Part shown: positions 36,001-48,535 of the stretch, one piece after another | How the letters are laid out: every line of letters begins with the position of its first letter | How positions within the stretch are numbered: the first letter of the stretch is position 1 | Assembly (NCBI GenBank): GCA_013239625.1 | Contig: MU053594.1 | Span: forward strand, 962,536 to 1,026,535 | Length of the DNA: 64,000 bases | Source of the DNA: Lama guanicoe | Lineage: Eukaryota | Direction: 5' to 3' | Position numbers and translations under genes: made by a program | Notes under the pieces: generated by a model | The model's input: only the letters and a program-made list of their open reading frames with translations | Database searches by the model: none | Told to the model about the DNA's origin: nothing

Positions 36001-37506
36001 GGGATTTGGAACGGTCTGGAAGAGCCCCGTGGGGACTCAGCTAGGGTGTCCAAGAGACAGGACCGCAAGCACTCCCTGAGAGCTGGCTTCAAACCAGAGA
36101 CCTGGCCCTGGGTCGCCCTGAGGACGGGCTGACAAGGGAGGCTCTCAGAGAGACCCGGATGTTTCAGGCAATGCAGTCACTTTCTTTAGGCTGGTTGGTC
36201 CCTGCTCAGTGCTGCATTTGGGCCCCGCTAGGTAAGAGCTTAGTCCAGGGAGAGAGGGAGGTGGGCTTCATTATTTTTCCCCTTGTAAAGCGGGAAAATA
36301 AAACTAAACAGATGATGCTGATCATAAAGTAACAGTAGGGAACTACCTATTTAGATCCAACATACTTAATAAATGCAAATACAGGGGACAAAAGCAATGT
36401 TAAATTTAGTCTAAATAATACACCAGCATGCCTCACACCCAGCCCTGCTGGTGATGCGGGTACACATACATGAATTTACCAAATAATTGTACTTTCTTCC
36501 TAGAACACCAAGACCTTTCAAAAACGATTTTAACAGCATGTTCTTAAAAGAGAACAATGCATTTCCCTACTAGGTTGAACATAATTTAGTATCTTCTTGG
36601 TGTCTCGGGGTCATCATTGTAAAATCTGTCACTAGGCTGCACTATACAACACGACAGTGCCCCCAGGAGTGCTGAGGTGTGCAGAGCCACTTGTCCACTA
36701 ATAAAGATCCTGTCCCTCGATGTCATTATAGTTCGTGACTCTACTGTTTCTTTCTCAATTGTCACGTCCCAGGGTGAGATCTGCCTCATGATGTGTTGTC
36801 CGCATAAACTTGAAAGAACTCAAGGTTCTGGAGAAAAAATATATAATCAAATTTATTAAACCAGGAACTGCTGTTTTCATTGAATTATCATGAAATGGGC
36901 TCTAGCTGAAAGGTCCAGGGTGTCTCCGTATGTTTCCTGCAAATCGAGGCAGTGGGTTTTGTGACAACTGTTTTCTTCAGTGCTTCGATATTTCACTGTG
37001 TCTCATTTTTCGTCCCTACAAATTCAAAGAATGAAGTGTCAGAAGTCTGACCCCCAGGTAACTGTAGTATTATTATACTGCCTTCTCCACTAGAAAATGC
37101 TGAAGCATCTTGATTCCAGGTTATTAACACAGTCTTCTTAACATAGACCTGAGAGTATTTTATTATAATAACCGAATATCTCCCTTGTGTTCTTAGATGT
37201 CTAAAGAGAATAGAAACTATTTTTCAGCCCTAAATTTCTCATCATAAATGGTACCACGATAGTCTAAATCAGTGGGGTTCTGGGTTTGGCTAGTCACGCT
37301 GACGCTGTCCGATAATGAATCCCTTATTTAATATTTATAAACCACAAGCTATTTGTGACTCCCTAAAGCTGCTGACAACTAAGGAAAGGGAATATTAAAA
37401 CAGTATTTCATCTTCATCTTCTGTCGCATCCTACACCATGACATGTAATAGATTGGAACTGTCACCCAGTCAAACCTCTTCCAGGTCTACAGAAACCAGG
37501 ACCATT

Positions 37507-37552
37507 AAAAAAAAAAAAAGAAGAAGAAGAGCAAGAAGAAGAAGAAAAGATA
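37507..37552. repeat. Poly-A plus (GAA)n purine tract
   Basis: Direct reading. Confidence 0.9.
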
Positions 37553-38567
37553 AAACCACAAACCTCGTAAGTACCTCCTCTGCACAAATAAATAATATTA
37601 TTCTGGGAATGTGGCTTGTTATTTACACAATGATATAAATTTTAAAAAAATAGCTTCCTTTCTTAATAAAGAGTCCTGGTAAGAACCAAGACTCCCCTCA
37701 ACTCATCCATTAATGTTTCTTTATCTTCAACACTCTAGGCTGCAACAAGGCCTTTGGGGTTTTCTGTTAAATCTAGGTCCCAAATTCACAGCCCCTCAAG
37801 AGTGAGTGAAAGTGAAAGAAAAGTCTACTCGGTCTGTAGGACAAACCACTGCCAGACAGGGGTTCTCTGCCCAAATGCCAACGTGCCGCCCACCTGCGGA
37901 TAACGGGACAGACAGGCAGCAAAAGAAGCCGACCCGAGGACACGCGGGTGAGTTCAGCAGCAGCCTGAGTACCACGACTGGATTTGAGGTTAATTTTCCT
38001 TTTCTGTCAATAGCACAGAATACAAGACAGCTCATCAATCATATAAATTAGCGTAGCCCTCAGGCCCAAGCCTCAAAGAAAGTAGGGCAAATCTAAAAGG
38101 AATCAGGATAAACTGCAAGTCAGAGCTTGAACAAAAGCAGATTATAACTCTCAGCAAGTTTTTCGCTCGTACGGCTCTTCGGTGACATCAAACAGAACAT
38201 GTCCAAAACAACAGCAACCCAGGGCCAACGCACGGGGACACCGCTGGTCACGAGACTGCAACTATCCCTGCAACAGGATCCTTGCAACAGAATTAACCTC
38301 AATTTCTTGGAGTCATTTCTTCAGTAACAACCAGGAGTGCTTGTTGCAATGCTGTGAACAGAGGTTATTCCACAAATGCTTATTGACTCAGGATAAGTGG
38401 GAGAACGAAAGTCCTTTTTACAATGGTGAAGCCCAACATGGATAAAGAAAGAATCCACGGCGTGTTTACTAACTACATTTTAGGGACAAGTTGAACGTAA
38501 GCCCATTTCTCCATCTCCACCAATCAGACTGGAGAATTATGACGTGAGATGGGGAGAAGTTAAAAAA

Positions 38568-38813
38568 TGTATGTGTATAAATATAACATATATATAAAAT
38601 ATATACACACATAATGGAGAGCATACATAATATAACCATTACAACACAGTATGTGTAATAATAGATCATATATATACTCTCCATTATATGTATATATATT
38701 ATCATTATGTATTATATATGCATTCCATTACCTGTGTATATATTACAATTGTATTATATATTATATATGCCCTCTATTACATGTGTGTATATACACATAT
38801 ATAATGGAGAGCA
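38568..38813. repeat. (TA)/(CA)-rich low-complexity region with internal direct and inverted motifs
   Basis: ATAATGGAGAG at 38611 and 38801; its reverse complement at 38677-38687. Confidence 0.85.
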
Positions 38814-40039
38814 GAGAACTGCAAATATCACATGTACAGCATTACTTTAACATCCTGACGTCTGCATCTGGGTTAAGTGTGTGTGGCATCTTACAGAGTT
38901 AACGTTTTATGAATTAAAAAAGAATTTTAATGGGTCAGTGTACACACACCACGGGCAGCCTCTCAGAGCGCACCCTTCACCACGATGTGTAAGGGAGCTG
39001 GGAAAACATAGCCCTCTATAAAGACAGCCCCTGGAGGAGAAGGGACCCGCGGGGGTACAGCTGCTTGTCTTTAGCTCACATGAGCCCCTTCGTCCTCCTG
39101 AGAATAACCACCATGTTTTTTGCAAATACAAGATAATATGCTTCCCCTTCTTCTAAGGAGAAAGTTAAACTAAGCTGGTTTCAAATGTAGGACTGAGAGC
39201 AAAAGGAAGAAACCTCTGTATCTTCAACCCAATTCTTCAGAACCTCTTCGTCCTGTCTCCACACTTGTACATCCTGAAGCCGGCAGCATCCCAATGCCAC
39301 CCTCAGGTGTTACCTTTTCTGCTGTATTTTCAAAACAACTACTATTTCTACTCCTACCATTTCAGGGTATAGAGGAGGGTAGGAATCTGCTCACCTCTGC
39401 CTCCCAAAGCAAGCCTGATAATATGACCGATCACACACCAAACAGCCTGTTTCCAATGCACAGTTCATCTCGGAGCTGCAATTACCGGTCCTAATTCTGA
39501 AGCCAGAAGCAGTGATGTGTCTGAATTCCAGGGAGATGATTGAATGGAAATCTTCACATCTGATCACCTCTCACATACAAATTACCGTGTGTGCCAATCT
39601 GGCAATTACCTCAGAAGTAATAGTAAAAGCCATGCAATCAAATTCGTTATTATGGTTGCCTTCAATTATGGCAGGCAGGAACCTATGTGCAGAAAATTTA
39701 CTGAGGGGGGGAAAATGAGCCTCTGTATCTATTTTAATTTTAAATCAAGTCATTTCATTTGGAAAACTCTTTTAATTTTGGAAAAGACTCTGTTGAAATA
39801 CCCAACTAAGTAAAAGAAAATAATCAGCTAATTCTCCTTGGCACACCAGGCAACTCTCACTGCACAGAAGAAAAAGCCTCAACCCCCCCTCTTTTCTTCC
39901 ACGATTTTCTTCCAATACAGACAGGGCTGTAAGTCCATAAGCCTTCTTCAAGGGACAAAAAGAAAGATGGCATAAAGAATATAAGAATGGCACAGAAATA
40001 TGACCATGCCCTCCTGGATGGCGTATGACAGAGAAAATG

Positions 40040-40420
40040 CCACATGTTCACCAACCTCTACTCCTTCTCTGCCTGGGCACCAAAGAAATCCATTATTTCC
40101 CAGCCTCCCCTGCAGCTAGGTGGGGCCACTGGAATGTGGATGAAAATGAGGCAGACCACATCTAGGACCTCCTTGTCCCTAAAACCTCCCTCCTGGTCCT
40201 CTACACCCTCCCTCTGTCCTGTAGGTCAGCCGACAGGATGCAGCGGATTCTGGGAAGGACTAGAGGACAGAGGACCCTGAATCCCTGGATGACTGCAGCG
40301 AGCAGAGCCTGCCCACCCCCACATCCTGTTGAGCTGCCTAAGTCCCTGTACTCTCCCTGTGTGTATTGGGGGGAGGGGCGGGGGGGCGTTATTTCGGCAG
40401 TGGGTTCAGCCCAAGTAAGC
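40040..40420 (+). mobile_element. Old MLT1 (J/K/L-like) LTR fragment
   Basis: 'atttcccagcctcccctgcagctaggtggggccac...ggaatgtggatgaaaatgagg...gaccctgaatccctggatgactgc'. Confidence 0.65.
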
Positions 40421-40526
40421 AAGTGCAAAACCACAGAATCAGTTCTACCATGGATTTCTTGCATGCAGTCAGGCAATTCGCTCAGTTTAAGCTTCAATGT
40501 TTAATTTATTTAAAAAAAGGATAACA

Positions 40527-41165
40527 GAGTGGATTCTTACTATTCGTGGAGCACAAATTCACCAATTCGCTTCCCGGATAGGCTTTACCTACAGATGTAC
40601 CCCCAAAATCCATGCTGGCGGCCCGCCCCGCGGTCAGGCCAGGACATGCGCAGAGCGTCCTGGGAAACACGCTCCCAGCAGCGGGGGAACAAGACCGCGC
40701 CCGCCTTCCCGTTTCTGCTCCCCTCCTGTAAACAAGGGTCCTTTTCACGGTCTATTTAGTGCTACATTTTTCTTCGAATTTTTGTTCTTTTTGTTGGTGA
40801 TGTTGCTGTTGAAAGCAGCCCCCAAGGTACCGCTGAGTGCTGTCTGGTGTTCCTAAGCATCCGAAGGCCCTCATGGGCTTGACAGAGAAAATCCGTGTTA
40901 CATAAGCTTCGTGCAGCCATGAGTTACTCACGCTGTTGGCTGTGACTTCAGTGGTAATGAAGCAACAGTGTATATTAAATAACGCGCCTTTAAACAGAAA
41001 CACACAAGATAAGGTTATGTACTGATCAGCAGGCAAAAGCCTTGTGACCAGAAGCTGGAAGGAACCTAACCCTGTGTTTCCTCTTAGAAGCCAGAGTCAG
41101 GGTTTGCAAATTCAGGGCTCCTGGGGACTTTACAGAACCCGACCATCGCACATAAGGAGAACTGT
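40527..41165 (+). mobile_element. MER82 (TcMar-Tigger), near full length, inserted in a MIR
   Basis: 'ctgtaaacaagggtccttttcacggtctatttagtgc...gtgttcctaagc...ctttaaacagaaacacac...ggaacctaaccctgtgtttcc'. MIR-like sequence flanks both sides (about 40470-40525 and 41165-41240). Confidence 0.85.
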
Positions 41166-44100
41166 GAGGATTATACAAGATAATGTATGCTAAGGTGTTT
41201 CATACCTTAAAGGGGTATAAAAACGTTGGCTGGTACTTCTTTTAAAATTGCAGCTGTACATCGGGCCAGTGAGATGACTTCTCTTACCCCCCATCCTTCC
41301 TCAAATCCCTAATGGGGCAAGGATTAGCTCTCCTTGCTTGGTAACTGTACTGTTCATAATAAAGCAAAGTACTACATTCAAATTAGCTTCTTTTAATATG
41401 TGGTTTTTTACATTGCTTCCAGAAATCTCTAATCGCATTTTTTTTCATTTGTCTTGCTTTATTTACCATTATTATGGTTGACTTTTTTCAAGCTCTTTAA
41501 ATCACATCTGGTACGCTAGAGACCCCTTTTTCCCAGTTCACCTCTCAGGAGCCCTGCACCCTCTTGTTCTGATCTCACTTGGCTTCTCTGCAACTCTGCT
41601 GTTATCTTGAGACTTCCCCTCACTGCTCTTCGGAGATAGATAGCTTTTTTTTGTGAATTCCTTATCTTTTCTTCTTGGTTTTCTCCCTTATTTTGCAGAA
41701 GAGCATCCCCCTACATAACTTCCAAACAACACCTGAGGTTATTACTTCTCAACCAGTCTTGGGATTATGGTCGCCTCCAATGTTGCCACCCCAACTATAT
41801 CATCACCTCAATTATTACTGCACAGATTTGATTCTATGTGCCCGAAAAACCCTGGCTTTTGTGATTTACATTAGTCACAGAAAAGATTATGTTCACAGTT
41901 TCTATGTAAAAAGGGCAGTGTTAGCTGGGTCAATTTTCAGCTCTGCTCAGGATACAGACTACAAGGATTAACAGATCACCTCCTAACATTGAAGAAGTAA
42001 ATGCATTTGCAGGTTGAATCTAAGATGTACCACTTCCTGAACTCCAGTGATATTTTTAGATCGTTTAACTAAAAGAACAGGTATCACATGTGGCTGAGAA
42101 CAAAAGGAAAAATAAAAGTGGATGTACAGTAAATAATCTGAGCAGTTGTGATGCTATTTTGTTTTATTTTATACTGAGATTTATACAGAAAAATCAAAAT
42201 GGCCAGTTGATACGATTGCCCAAATAACTCAGAAAGGAAAAAGTACCCTTATACTGCATAAAGGTTTTGATACTCAGCTGCTTAAAATGTGCATATACAC
42301 TAGTTTGATTTATTAGATAAACTTATAACACTATCGTGCCAAGCAACCGAGAAATGTAAACATGATTTGACAAAGAAATTCAAATTATATAGATACGTTT
42401 TCCCTCCAGAGATCACTTTCCAGGAATCACTTTAAGGATCTGGCTTGGTAAGAATCGAATCTACATCTCCAGGTAACTTAGAAATAAACAGTGCATCCTT
42501 CCACCACAAGAGAACGCTTTTTACAAAATTGTGATTCTAGTCCTCTGATTCAGTACTGCAAGCGGTTTCCTATTCTATTCAATATGAACCTAAAAACCCA
42601 GGTAGTCAGTTTCTATTAAGTTACATTAGCAGCACCAAGACCAGGAATGTAGAAATTCTGATTTAATTTACTTTAAGTTGAAATAAAATCTTATTAAAGA
42701 AACTCAAGTCATTCATCAAAAAGTTAGCTCATATGATTCAGGTCTTCAGTTATTTGGAGGCATCTGGTGTAATGACTTCCTAGATTAGACAGTTCGGGAT
42801 AAGACAGTTCTTACACATTCAGGTGAAAATTTACCACAGTCATTATTAAATGCTAAAAGAAGTTGTTTGAGATCAACTTTCATGTCAATGACTTATCTAC
42901 ACCAACTATTTACATGCAGCAGGAAGATCATGAGAACTAAAATCCAGATTGTCTTTAAAAGGTCGAGATGAAGTAAAAAATTAACTGAACATAGAGCAGC
43001 AGCTTTCAGACCCATGATGGAACCAACTCACTACACGGGAACAAAGCTTCACTTGCAGGGCACCACTGTTGTGTGATACTGACATCCACAGGCCAGGTAC
43101 CACCATTTAAAATTCCTACCACACCGCCTCTGTTCAGTTACTTTCAGTCATTTCCACCTACATGTTGCCTCAACATGTTTTAGGTACTTTTAACACCTCG
43201 AATTTCTTTTCTTCACTCGGAAAAATAGACACACATTTTGAATATTTTTTTTTTGAAGTAACAGTGGAAGAGGTTGTCAAATCTCAAAATTTATTTGTCC
43301 AGGAAATTAAATTTTGTTCTATTGAATTGTTCCTCTGTTCACACAGATCTCAAGAAGACCCCAGGTCCTCGGATGTAGGAGAAGGCAGTCACAGAATATA
43401 CTTCATCTTTGTGCTCCCCCGTCCACACACGGAATCATCCTTCCCCCATGGGTACTAACTACACGTGCCTAACTGAATTAAAGCAAGCTCAGGAAGTCCT
43501 TCCTATTAGAACAAAACTAGGCAGGAGGGAGCCAGTGCATCAGAACCATCATGCAGATGAAAAATGGCAGAACAATGCAGTCCAAAATATAAATGAACAA
43601 AAATAAGTCTTCTGCTACAAATGTCAGACGACACATAGCTTCTTGCTCCTGAATCGCTGACAATCTAATCAAAGTATATTCTTTTGATATCTTCAGTGAT
43701 AGCTTGGATTAATAGCTCAGAGGGGAGTTTAATGTCTGAAAATAGTCAAAGGCATTCAGAGCTAAGTCCTGTGAATGGGTGTCCTCGGGGGTGCTGTCAG
43801 TGACCCCTGAAGACTGGAGGAGGGTCCCTCCTGCAACTGACCCCTTCAGGCTTCCGACTCTGGGACCCACCCCACCTCAACTGAAAGTGCAGGTGTGATC
43901 CGAGACCAGACGTTATCCTGTGTGCCTGCCGCTAGTCACATGGCTTGGTGCGCGCTGACACAAGAAATTCTAGTCAACAAGGATCTGCTCAAGCACTGTC
44001 CCGGCAGAAAAACAGAGAATGGACCAAATCCCTCTCCTCCGGCATCTCACATAACCTCTCCAGAACAGCGCAGTTTCTACACGGTAAATCAAGCCATGTT

Positions 44101-44299
44101 CACAGTTTGTCTGCACGCACTGAATCTCTGCCTTTTGCAACAGTTTTGTTGGTATTTTATGGGGACCTATTAAAACTCTCGCTCTTGACCACTCTCCCGG
44201 CTACATCACTATCAGTATCACTAGGAATTCTCAGCAGCCCGCTCAGCCGCATTCTGCATTCCCTGTTAATAATCTTCATAACGAGCCTGCAGGGTAAAC

Positions 44300-44520
44300 G
44301 GTGCTGAGGGCGGGAGACCTTGGGGGCCCAGGGAACTGGGTGAGAGCTCAGCTCTGCCATGTACTGAATACGTGACATGGGCTAAGCTTCCTGCTCACCC
44401 CGAGCCTGCTTTTCCAACAATCAAATAGAGATTAAAAGCGTCCAGCTTAGCATGGCTGTAATATACGTTAAGTGCCATGACTAACGAGTTTTCAATACAT
44501 GATACCTATTATCATTGTTA
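44300..44520 (+). mobile_element. MIR SINE
   Basis: 'ctcagctctgccatgtactgaatacgtgacatgggctaagct...tgatacctattatcatt'. Confidence 0.6.
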
Positions 44521-45412
44521 CTAAGATCTTAAAGATGAGCAAACTCGGGCTTCAAGACGCCAAGTCACTGATGTGACCATCTGCATGGCTAGTTCCAGAG
44601 CCCGCAGGCAAATTATCTGACCACGTAAGGACATTTCACAGTGTCCAGCATCTGTTGTTGCCACTGTTAAAGCTTCACACAATATTTGTATCTACTTCTT
44701 TCAAAACAGTATACGGATTATTCCCCGCCTGCTTCCTTGAGGGTACCACTGCTGTAAGAGGATGTCTGTTGTAATGTGTCCTTTTCTATGAAGGCTCCTC
44801 CTATGTTGCCACGAGGCGCTGAAGGAAACAGGCACCTCGCCACATATAATAGACACATTCAGTTTCCTCAAAAAGCACAAGATCCTGGGGAAGTAAATTA
44901 GCCACTGGAAATCTTCACTACTGAGTTACTTCCTTGAGGTCTACTATGATTTCACGTTTAAGTCCCAGACATGAGTTCCTGCCCATCTCTCCAGTTCTTA
45001 TTGGTTGGGTAATGAGAAAGAACATGATTGCCCATCTGGTCTGATCTTTCGGCTTCATGTGCTGTATCTGGGATGTGCAGTGCTTCTCCCAGAAGGTCCT
45101 GGAGTTTTTCAAATGAATTTGCGACTCCTTTGAAATATTTCCTGTAAGTCTTAGCATCCTATGTTTTAAAAATCCTCGTAACTCATAATTCAGTGCTCTG
45201 CACTTAATAAGTGTTCTCCAGCACAGCAGGCTCTCCATAAATATTTGCTGACAGTTCAATAAGCATTAGCTGATGATGGTAACTCATTTAAAAATATATG
45301 CAAACTATGTTGAGATGCATAGCATGGGAACAGCCACATAATAACTCAAAAATGTTTCCCTAAAGCAGCCGAAACATGTTGATGGTTCTCTTACTCTATG
45401 CTTATGTCTCTC

Positions 45413-45451
45413 TGTGTGTGTGTCTGTGCGTGTGTGTGTCTGTGTGTGTGT
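45413..45451. repeat. (TG)n microsatellite, imperfect
   Basis: Direct reading. Confidence 0.9.
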
Positions 45452-45459
45452 CTCATTGC

Positions 45460-45780
45460 TGGCTCCTTTATACCATTCAAGTCTCATCTCCAATGTCAGC
45501 GGGAGCTTTCATTGACTATCCGCTCTCTGCCCACTTACTCTCTTCGCTACTGTTCCATTTTATTACGTTCATAAGACTGACTATCTGAAACCTCTCACTC
45601 ATTCATTCATTGATTTATTTACCCTTTCACTCTCTGTTTCCTCCAATCAGAGTGACAGGTCTCTGAGAGTAAGGTCCTAATTTACAAGTCACCACTGAAC
45701 CCCAGCACCTGCAAGGGTGCATGGCACATGAGAAGCTGCTAAAAAAGTAATATGTGAATGTAAGTAGAAAAGAATGAACA
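45460..45780 (+). mobile_element. L2 3' fragment
   Basis: 'tcaccactgaaccccagcacctgcaagggtgcatggcacatgagaag...aatatgtgaatg'. Confidence 0.7.
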
Positions 45781-46834
45781 AATACAGCTGTTTTTATAGT
45801 TCTCATAACCAGCTATGTCTCATAACTTAATCAAATTATAATCCCACGTGTGAATAAAAGTTGTTTCCATTTATATCTCTTATAGTCTTTACAATAATTC
45901 TATATAAACTTAGGTACTTAAACATCTCTGATGAAAAATGATTTGGGAAATACATAAATGACTCCGTTAGTTAAGCAAATTATTTAATTCCCATGGCTCG
46001 CAGACTGAGTGGTTGACTGTTTTCACGACAAAATCATTATTAACTGACTACAGCATTTTCTGGAACCACTGATGAGACAAGTTGGAATATGTTGGTAATT
46101 TACTTCCAGTGTGATTCTAAATTATTTCAACACTGATTCAAACAGCTCTCCCTAATTGTCCATATCTGGCAACGGACAGATGGTCCAGGAGAGCACAGGA
46201 TTCGAAGTGATTACTTAAGGTTTCTGAAAGTACCCACCAATTACAGCGTTTTTTGTTGTTGTTTTGTTTTTTACCATTTTTAAAGCAGCTAGTGAAGATA
46301 CCCAAGACAACCATCATAACACGATGTATTTTTAAGTGAAAAATGGCAGCGGGGGGGTAATTGTTAAGTTCTCTCCAGTAGGCATGAAGCACAGCACAAA
46401 AAGGAAATCACCCCTGGCTTCAACTGGTTAGTTTTTTTCACCATATCATAAGCCTGAAGTTTCCCAATCCCCATTTCACTGCTGCAAATGTAAAATTCAT
46501 AACGAGGTTAAAAAATATATTGTTACGTTATTTTTGCAGGCCATTTGTTAGCACATGCTGGGGTCTGGAAAAGCATCTCCTAGATACTTGTAATTATATA
46601 AAGCTTTCAACACATTTGCTGATATTAACTCTTCTAAATTCTACTAAACTTCTAGAACAGTAGAGATAAACAAACCACTCCAAGAGTCACAGAATGAAAC
46701 AAACAGCTAAGAAGAGGTAAAATAGGTAAAATAGCAAACTAGAGTGAAAAATATCCAAGGTATATGCCTGATGGCTCCAAATTTCAGCAAGAGCCAGAAG
46801 CTGAAGACAGTGGGTGAGAAGGTATTCTGGCCTT

Positions 46835-47017
46835 AAAGACACATCACCCTATTAAGAAGTACCTGAACTGGTCCTTGGAAGAGCCACATCCATCACCTCC
46901 CTCCCACCTCTTTAAGGGACTAAAAGATACATCACCTTAAGCCCTATTAAGAAGTACTTGAACTGGTCTTTGGACCATCCACATCCATCACCTCCCTCTC
47001 ACCTCTATAAGAGACTA
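46835..47017. repeat. Diverged two-copy tandem duplication (88 bp and 95 bp)
   Basis: 'ccctattaagaagtac(c/t)tgaactggtc(c/t)ttgga...ccacatccatcacctccctc(c/t)cacctct' at 46847 and 46942. Copy 2 carries an extra CCTTAAG. Confidence 0.9.
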
Positions 47018-48099
47018 CAGGTTGTTGGGGAGATTCTCCAACTTTCAGCAATTCACAGGCTTTGGGGGTGCTCTGACCATCCCCACCCACCAATCTAAAG
47101 CTGAGTAATGGATGCCCCAGGGCAACTCCTGGAGGTGAGAAAGGGGACTTTCAGGAGGAAAAACTAGACTGGTCATTTTAAATACCTGAAAGTTACTAGA
47201 GAACTAGACAATCTACTTAAGAAGTTGCTAAAAACCTGTTTGAGGTTTACAAAATGCTTTTTTTGCAGAAGATCAGACCAAGATTTTGCCCCATGCATTA
47301 AACTGAGTGTACTGACCCCCAATTAGGGGAAAATACACAGTTTACTGAATGCTAAAAGCCTTTCCTGTTTTTGGTGAGACTATTTTAAAAGAATTTCCTA
47401 TTTTGTTTTCATTTAGCATCATTAAAACAAGAACAGAGATGAAGTCCCTAATTCTGTAAAATTATTAACTTGACCTTGAATATGTGTGTATGTATTTGTA
47501 TTGATTTTGATGCACAAACACACAGAGAAAACAGAGCTCTAAAACTGTTAAACATAGATGGTTTTAAGCTATTTCTTTTTTCTTTTCTTCTAAAGGAAAA
47601 CTCCTCTGTTCATACTCCCCAAGTCCTTCAATGGGTTTTCTTCTTTCAGAATGTTTTTTTCCTGGAGATGGTCATTGAAATAAATGAAAAATGGCCAAGC
47701 CCAGCCAAGTGAATTCTTGGCTGTAACTTCCTCAAGAAGTGCTTTGTGGGTAGGCAGCTGAATGAACTGCTACGAAAGTCATGGAGTTGGCATTTAATCA
47801 TTTCCGCCTCTCTGTTCCCCAAGCCACATCTCTCCTCTTTCCTTGCATAAGAAATGTAAGTCAGCTAAGAAGGAATCAATGTTTTCATGTCCGATTTCAA
47901 TCAACTACAGAATATTTGTTTCCAACAAGAGTTTCTTCAACAAATTTTCTGGTTTTCTTCATGGAGAGAAAGCCAACCCACACCTATGGTGCCACCTTTG
48001 ATTAAAGTTCTGACAATTCTGACTTTGTATAAATAGTGGAGTTTCCAGCAGTTGTGCCAGAATCAGAACTCTTCTCCCCACATTCTCTTATCAGTAGTC

Positions 48100-48535
48100 A
48101 AAAGAATTGGGCACTGAGTGAGGCCCCTACCACTCAGCTACCAGCCTACATTATCTGGTTTCTCTTGCATTGAGTGTGGTCAGGTGACCAAGTTTCAGCC
48201 AAAGAGATACGCAGTTTCCAAGAAGCCTCCTCATGGGGGAGGGAGGATTGACCTTTTTTCGGCACTTTCTCTTTCCAACTGGCTAGAGTGCAGATGTGAT
48301 GTGATGACTGGAGCTCCAGCAGCCATCTTAGACCATGAGGTAGAAGCCCTGTAATTAGGACTGAGAGTAGAGAAATAGAACCCTGGGTCTGATAGCATGC
48401 AGATGCCATCATACCAACCCTGGACTACCTACCTCTGGGTTTATTTTATTTAAAAAAGAAAGAAACTATCTTGTTGAAGGTACTCTTCTGTTAGGCTTTT
48501 GGTCGTATGTGGCCAAACCTAATCCTAATTGATAG
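48100..48535 (+). mobile_element. Old MLT1 (J/K-like) LTR
   Basis: 'gtgaccaagtttcagccaaagagat...gactggagctccagcagccatcttagaccatgagg...ccctggactacctacctctgg...ccaaacctaatcctaattgata'. Confidence 0.75.

Noticed and set aside
36586..36850. Minus-strand acceptor (TTTTTCTCCAG, AG at 36829-36828) followed by a 67-aa ORF
   Set aside because: No recognisable protein similarity and no matching donor; not supportable as an exon without RNA data.
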